From NCBI GenBank assembly GCA_002104905.1, contig MCFE01000718.1, positions 1 through 42,334 of the forward strand: 42,334 bases of DNA, read 5' to 3'. The stretch is from Basidiobolus meristosporus CBS 931.73. Lineage: Eukaryota > Fungi > Basidiobolomycota. Position numbers and translations under genes: made by a program. Below are positions 36,101-42,334 of the stretch, piece by piece; the stretch's first letter is position 1; the number at the start of each line of letters is the position of its first letter. The notes under the pieces are model-generated. The model had not been told where the DNA came from and made no database searches. It saw only the letters and a list, made by a program, of their open reading frames with translations.

Positions 36101-36600
36101 CTAAAATATGTGTAGTAGAGATATAGGGAAGTAGAAAATATGCAAATGAGCACATCTGTCAGTAGGTGTCACTGTGACCCCACAACAGTGTCTGAAAGGT
36201 AGTCTCACAGGCTATATCCCACTTCATGGTGTTGTCTTTCTTGAGAATATCAGTTAAAGGGGCTGCAATACATGCAAAGGACTTGACAAATCTTTAATAA
36301 TAGGAGACCACTTCAAGCAATGATCTGAGCTCCAATATGCTATGGGGCTGCTTCAGATTCTTAATGACCTCAACCTTCATGGGGTCTAAGATCACCACTG
36401 GGCAAGTCAATATGTGTTGCAGGTATTCAACAAGTTCCTTGAAGAATTCACACTTCGGTAGCTTGCCATACAGCTTGTTCTCTCTTAGCTTCTTCAAGAA
36501 GTTTCAATGTGCACCAAGTTTTCCACTTCTGTCTTGCAGTATATCAATATGTCAAATAGGTAGATTACCACTAACTTGTCTAAGTATTGCTGGAAGACTG
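33121..36600 (-). mobile_element. Ty3/Gypsy family 2, element D (3' part: truncated 3' LTR, IN, RH, RT end)
   Basis: LTR 33121-33387 (starts TGTTATGATC on the minus strand), PPT AGGGGAGAA, and ORFs 33398..33877, 34552..34932, 34960..35190 and 36294..36497. Confidence 0.9.
35119..36187 (-). repeat. Solo LTR of Gypsy-1 inserted in element D
   Basis: TGTAGTGG...CCACAACA ends. The flanks GCAT and GTGT are the two CpG-decay products of a GCGT TSD. Confidence 0.92.
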
Positions 36601-38901
36601 CGTTATGATCTACCAGTTGAATCTTTAAGTGAGATCTGTTTTTATTCAAATCAATAAGTTATATGTTAAGCTTATCAGTATATCTATAATATCTATCAAA
36701 TCAGTGGCATTAGTCAGCAAGTGAATCAGCATGTCTTTATCAGAAAGGAATAGATATTTTAAGGAGGATCATATTGGGTGATGATGATGTAATCAAATGA
36801 GTCATCAGCCACATCCTACATTAGGAAATACAATTAGATGAAGAGACAAGTAGATCAGTCATTGGAGCAAGGATATATCAGACTTAGCAAGTCATCTTGG
36901 GGAGCACCAGCACTTTTTGTGAAGAAGAAGGATGGAATACATAGGATGTGCATTGACTATAGAGCCCTCAACTCAGTTGCCTTGAAGAATAAGTACCGCA
37001 TACCTTGGATTGATGAGCTTTTGAACCAACTCAATGGAGTCACTTTATTCAGCAAGATTGACCCCACGTCAGGATACAATCAGATTAGGGTGAAACCAGA
37101 AGCCATTCCTAAGACCGCATTCAGGACTACATAAGCTCATTAGAAGTACTTAGTCATGAGTTTTGGCCTCACCAACACCCCTGCAACGTTCATGACCCTG
37201 ATGCAGACTATCTTCCAGGAGGACTTAGACAAGTTTGTGATAATCTACCTAGATGATATATTGATATACAGTAAGACAGAAGAGGATCACTTGGCGCACA
37301 TTGAAAAGGTCTTGAAGAAGCTAAGATAGAACAAGCTTTATGGCAAGCTACCCAAGTGTAAATTCTTCAAGGAACACATTGACTATCTAGGACGCATAGT
37401 GACTAGCACAGGAGTAACCTCAGACCCTAAGAAGGCTGAAGTTATCAAGAATCTGAAGCAGCCCCATAGCATAGCAGAACTCAGCTCATTCCTTGGAATG
37501 GTCCCCTACTATGAGAGATTTGTCAAGTCCTTTGCAAGTATTGCAGCCCCTTTAACTGATGTCCTCAAGAAAGACAATACCTACAAGTAGGACATAGCAT
37601 GTGAGACTGCCTTTCAGACACTCAAGAATGAGCTTGCTAAGCTACCAAGCTTAATAATACCTGACTTCAGAAAAGAGTGTACTCTGTGCACAGATGTTTC
37701 AGACTATGCAATTGGTGGAGCGCTGAGCCAAGAACACAAGGGAAAGGACTATCCAGTTGCCTTTGAATCCACAAAGCCTAACTCAGCAGAACAAAACTAT
37801 CCAGTGCATGAGAAGGAGATGCTTGCTATAATGCACTGCTTGAAGACATGGAGATGCTATATTGAAGGAGTCAAATGCACTGTGAAGACTGATCATGGCT
37901 CCCTCAAGTATATATTTACTCAGAAGGTACTCTCTAAAGGAATGACAAGATGGAGTGCGTACATTCAGCAATTTGATTTGGAAATTTTCTACTGCCCTGG
38001 GAAAAACAACATGGTTGCTGATGCATTATCAAGATTAGAACAAGTTGCACAACTTAAGTTGGTGCATGAATCAGATTGGCCTAGCTTATTACCCAAGTAC
38101 TTGGAGAACCAAGCTATTCCTAATGAGGTGGATGAAGATATCAAGAAGATAATCCATGATGAAGCCAGCAAATTTGCAGTACAGGATGAAACACTCTACT
38201 GAATTATTGATGGAAGCCCTGTTGCCTATTACCCTTATGTTGCTTGCCTTGATTTGATACATAAGCTACACAATAGATATGGACATCTTGGAATTGAAGG
38301 AACCTATAGCCTCGTGAATGCCAGAGCATGGTGGCCCAGAATGAAATAAGATATTGAGAAGCTAGTGAACACATGCCCAAACTGCCAAATCAATCAAGGC
38401 CAGACACAAAGAATTGCCAAACTCTTTCCCTTGGTGCCAGTAAGACCATTTGAAAGGTTGGGAATTAACTTTATTGGACGACTGCTAACTACCAGGAAAT
38501 GCATCTGTTGGATCCTAGTAGCAAATGGTCATGCCACCAAATGGTCAGTTGCTAAAGCTGTACCTACAGCCAGTGAACAAGAAGTTGCAAATTTCATCTA
38601 CTATGAAATACTTATGAAGTTTGGATGCCCAATAGATATTGTATCCAATAGAGGTGCAAACTTTGTGGCAAAGATATTGGAAGCTTACCTGGAAATGCAG
38701 CAGATCAAAAATCTGAAAACCTTGGCATATCACCCCAGAACTAATGGAGTTACTGATCAGTTAAATGGGTCATATGGAAGAATGCTGACCAAGTATGCAA
38801 ATGGAGCTGTCAGTGGATGGGTAGAGTATATAGACCAAGCACTCTTTGCATGCAGAGTCAGAGTACACAACACCACCCAACAATTGCTATTTTACTTAGT
38901 G
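36601..38901 (+). mobile_element. Ty3/Gypsy family 2, element E (partial 5' LTR fused to RT, RH, IN)
   Basis: LTR sequence 36601-36837 joins directly to MKRQVDQ (ORF 36838..37134). RH is in 37804..38202 and the integrase core in 38365..38904. Confidence 0.9.
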
Positions 38902-39547
38902 TGATACAAGTCTTGGTAAAAGAGTTGTAGAGGAATAGGGAGTTTAGCTAGTATTGTATTCACTAAAACTTGAACTGATTTTTATCAAGGTTCCAGCAGC
39001 TCCTTATATACATTTTGCCAGATCATTTGCTGACTAATTGTATTTCCTGATGTAGGCTGTGGCTGATGACTCATTTGATTGCATCATCATCACCCAATTA
39101 GATTCTACTTAATATAACTATTTCTGTCTGATAAGGATCTGCTAATTCATCTGCTGACTAATACTACTGATTTAATAGATAATACTGATGTACTGATAGG
39201 CTAAGCATAAAACTAATTGATTTAACTAAAAACTGATCTAACTTAAACATTCAAGTGGTAGATCATAACATTCTCCACCACTAAAGTTGAGAGGGTTCTT
39301 CTGAATCTCTTTTCTTGTGATACCAATATCTTGATGGTTCAGTATTGCCAGCAAGTCTTGCACACTTGAGTCTGTCTCTATGAGCTAAATCTTCCCGGAT
39401 ATTCCCTTATTTATTCACTAGTTGGTAAGTTGCAAATGCACATTCTCTGATGATCTTGAATGGTCCTGTGCATTGTGGCTCAAACTTCTTCCAAGTGTTT
39501 TTTCTTAACAATACAAAGTTCCCAACTTTCAATGCTTCTGGTGCTAT
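38902..39547 (-). mobile_element. Ty3/Gypsy family 2, element F (3' LTR plus integrase C-terminus)
   Basis: LTR 38902-39270 is the reverse complement of 39548-39916; 39271-39547 is homologous to 33388-33660. Confidence 0.9.
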
Positions 39548-39917
39548 TGTTATGATCTGCCGCTTGAATGTTTAAGTTAGATCAGTTTTTAGTCAAATCA
39601 ACTAGTATATTTTTTAGGTTATCAGTATATCAGAATTATCTATGAAATCAGTAGCATTAGTCAGCAAATGAATCAGCAGATACTTATCAGACAGAAATAG
39701 ATATATTAAGTAGGATCTTATTGGGTGATGACAATGCAATCAAATGAGTCATCAGCCACAACCTACATTAGGAAATACAATTAGTCAGCAATTGATCTGG
39801 CAAAATGTATATAAGGAGCTGCTGGAACCTCAATAAAAATCAGTTCAAGTTTTAGTGAATACAATACTAGCTAAACTCCCTATTCCTTTACAACTCTTAT
39901 ACCAAGACTTGTAACAT

Positions 39918-39928
39918 TGGTAGCAGCG
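39918..39928 (+). other. Primer-binding site, tRNAiMet 3' end
   Basis: TGGTAGCAGCG next to the LTR; TGGTAGC is the usual complement of the eukaryotic initiator tRNA 3' end. Confidence 0.7.
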
Positions 39929-39974
39929 ATAACCAGAAACCTCCCTCCTGAAGAAAGAAGAAACCACCCTCAAG

Positions 39975-42334
39975 ATGTCGGACAATTAAGAATGGAAGAA
40001 TGCCATGCAGCAAATCCTGGCCCAACAGCAACAGCTACTCCAGATCCTCAGCCAACAGCAACAAGGAATGACTACCATGGCTCAGAGCCAGCAAAGCCCT
40101 GTCAAGAGCAACTTTAGTGTGAAGGTCAACTGGTACCATGGCAGAGTCAATTAAAACCTGGGAACTTGGCTCTTTCAGATTGAAGAAGCTTTTAAAGCTA
40201 AAGGAATTGCTCCAGAGAGCAAGTTGCATTATGCAGCTTCTTACCTGGCAGATGCAGCTTTACAGTGGTACCACAACAAGATCAGGTCAGCTACTATGAT
40301 GGGATGCTCTACAATCTCTACCTGGGATGAGTTTGTGTCAAAAATTCAGGATGCTTTTGAACCTCCACACCAGCAGACACTACTAAGAAGGAAGTTAAAG
40401 ACACTCAGACAGAAAGGAATGGTGCAAGAATATATCTATGAGTACAGATGTCTACTTGGACAAATTGAAAGATTGGACCCCTTGGATCAAGTTGAATACT
40501 TTATTGATGGGTTGAAAGAAAGAACTCGCAAGGAAGTCAATTACCAAAGACCTCAGACTATTGAAGAAGCCATCAAGATTGCCATTGACTATGACTCAGC
40601 TATGTTTGGAGTTGGGAAGCCTAGAGTGACTAATCAGAAAGGCTATAATCATTATGAAAGAAGACAATCAGAAGCAGTACCAATGGAAATAGACGCTATG
40701 CAGAAGAATCCCTCCTCAGAAGAATGCAAGAAGAGAGGACTTTGCTTCAATTGCCACCAGCAGGGACATATTGCAAAGTACTGCCCTCAGAGAAGAAATG
40801 GACACCAGCCAATAAGAACCTTCAACCATATTGAGTCCCATGAACACAGTAATGTGGAAGATGATCTTGAAGAAGACTTGGAACTCACCTTCCATATGAC
40901 AGAAGAGTACTTGTCCCAAATGACTTCAAACTCAGGGAAGTTATTGTACGTGAATGGAGTAATCAATGGAGTACCTGCCAAGATCATGATTGACTCAGGA
41001 GCATCGCATGAGTACATGTCAGAGCAATTTGCTTTGAAAGCTGGAATCAACTCAGAACCTACCAAATCAACTTCAGTCTCCACCGCTGATGGGAACTCCC
41101 ACATAATCAACCATATTACCCAGCCAGTAAGAATGAAGATCAATGACTATGAAGAAGACCTACAGGCTTATAAATTTGGGAACTGCAAGTCTGACCTTGT
41201 ACTTGGAAAAACCTGGCTATTATGTTGTAATCCATCAATCAACTGGAGAACCCATGCTACTCAGATCCAAAAAGACAACAAGACCTATGAGCTATTACCT
41301 GCCATGCTGGATTTCAACTTGGTCAATTCCAGTGTGTGTGAGACAAGTGAACTTAGCAAGACCCAGTTCTGTAGAGCACTTAGAAAAGGTACCCAGATGT
41401 TCCTCATGGCGGTAGTACAGGAGGATTCCTCTACCCCAGCACCCCAGCAGGTCCAGACTCTCTTGAAGAAATATTCAGACGTGTTTCCAGATGAGCTTGT
41501 AAGCCTACCACCAGTCAGAGACATGGATCATGCCATTGACACAGGAGATAGCCCTCCAGTGAGCAAGACACCTTACAGAATGAGTCCATTAGAATTGGAG
41601 GAAATGAAGAGACAAATTGATCAGCTATTGGAGCAAGGATACATCAGGCCCAGCAAGTCACCCTGGGGAGCACCAGTGCTTTTTGTGAAAAAGAAGGATA
41701 GAACACTTAGGATGTGCATTGACTACAGAGCCCTGAACTCAGTTACCGTCAAGAATAAGTACCCCATACCTCGGATTGATGAGCTTTTGGACCAACTTAA
41801 TGGAGCCACTATTTTCAGCAAGATTGACCTCATGTCAGGATACAACCAGATTAGGGTGAAACCAGAAGATATCCCTAAGACAGCATTCAGGACCAGATAT
41901 GGACATTACAAGTACTTAGTCATGAGTTTTGGCCTCACGAATGCCCCTGCAACATTCATGACGCTGATGCAGACTGTTTTTCAGGAGTACTTAGACAAGT
42001 TTGTGATAATCTACCTGGATGACATATTGATATACAGCAAGACAGAAGAGGATCTTGTAGTGCACATTGAAAAGGTCTTGAAGAAACTAAGAGAGAACAA
42101 GCTATATGGCAAGCTAGCCAAGTGTGAATTCTTCAAGGAGCACGTTGAATACCTGGGACACATAGTGACTAGCACAGGAGTAACCTTAGACCCAAAGAAG
42201 GTGGAAGTAAACAAGAATTTGAAGCAGCCCCATAGCATATCAGAACTCAGATCATTCCTTGGAATGGTTTCCTATTATCGGAGATTTGTCAAGTCTTTTG
42301 CAAGTATTGCAGCCCTTTAACTGATATCCTCAAG
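39975..42334 (+). pseudogene. Gypsy-2 single-frame gag-pol (two early TAA stops, frameshift at ~42315)
   Basis: Retrotransposon gag, [14 protein letters not shown] knuckle, protease MIDSGASH and RT ([19 protein letters not shown]) in ORF 40224..42320. Confidence 0.95.

Larger units (their letters stand above)
39548..42334 (+). mobile_element. Ty3/Gypsy family 2, element G (5' part, runs off the window)
   Basis: 369-bp LTR TGTTATG...GTAACA (39548-39916), followed by PBS and gag-PR-RT. Confidence 0.95.

Noticed and set aside
1-42334. Alternative genetic code explaining the in-frame stops
   Set aside because: TAA, TAG and TGA all occur, mostly copy-specific and at C>T/G>A-derived codons, together with frameshifts. 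This is decay, not recoding.

Overview
Eukaryotic, probably fungal, repeat-dense window; the host cannot be fixed from sequence alone. It consists almost entirely of nested, decayed transposable elements. No intact host gene, RNA gene or CRISPR array is evident. Left to right: (1) about 0.95 kb of unidentified sequence with an abrupt switch from CpG-rich to CpG-free; (2) a Ty1/Copia cluster (949-15232) with ~349-bp LTRs and a Ty5/copia-type half-tRNAiMet PBS, including one element inserted antisense into its own family's LTR (TSD CCTTA); (3) a Ty3/Gypsy pol remnant and an LTR of a second Copia family; (4) a decayed CACTA/EnSpm tnp2-type transposase with a divergent second ORF; (5) a full-length 7.2-kb Ty3/Gypsy element (1.08-kb LTRs, tRNA-Lys PBS, TSD CCAC) and three solo LTRs of that family; (6) a 211-bp MITE and a 734-bp foldback sharing AGACTTGTTC termini and 3-bp TSDs; (7) a four-deep nest of a second Ty3 family in alternating orientation, running off the right edge. 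All coding regions carry stops or frameshifts. I found no clear new host system. The best leads are an apparent NC(G/A)C (CpG-centred) target preference of the large-LTR Gypsy, a TAG shared at the conserved integrase Trp in three Copia copies, an unclassified TIR family, and antiparallel same-family nesting at every junction.
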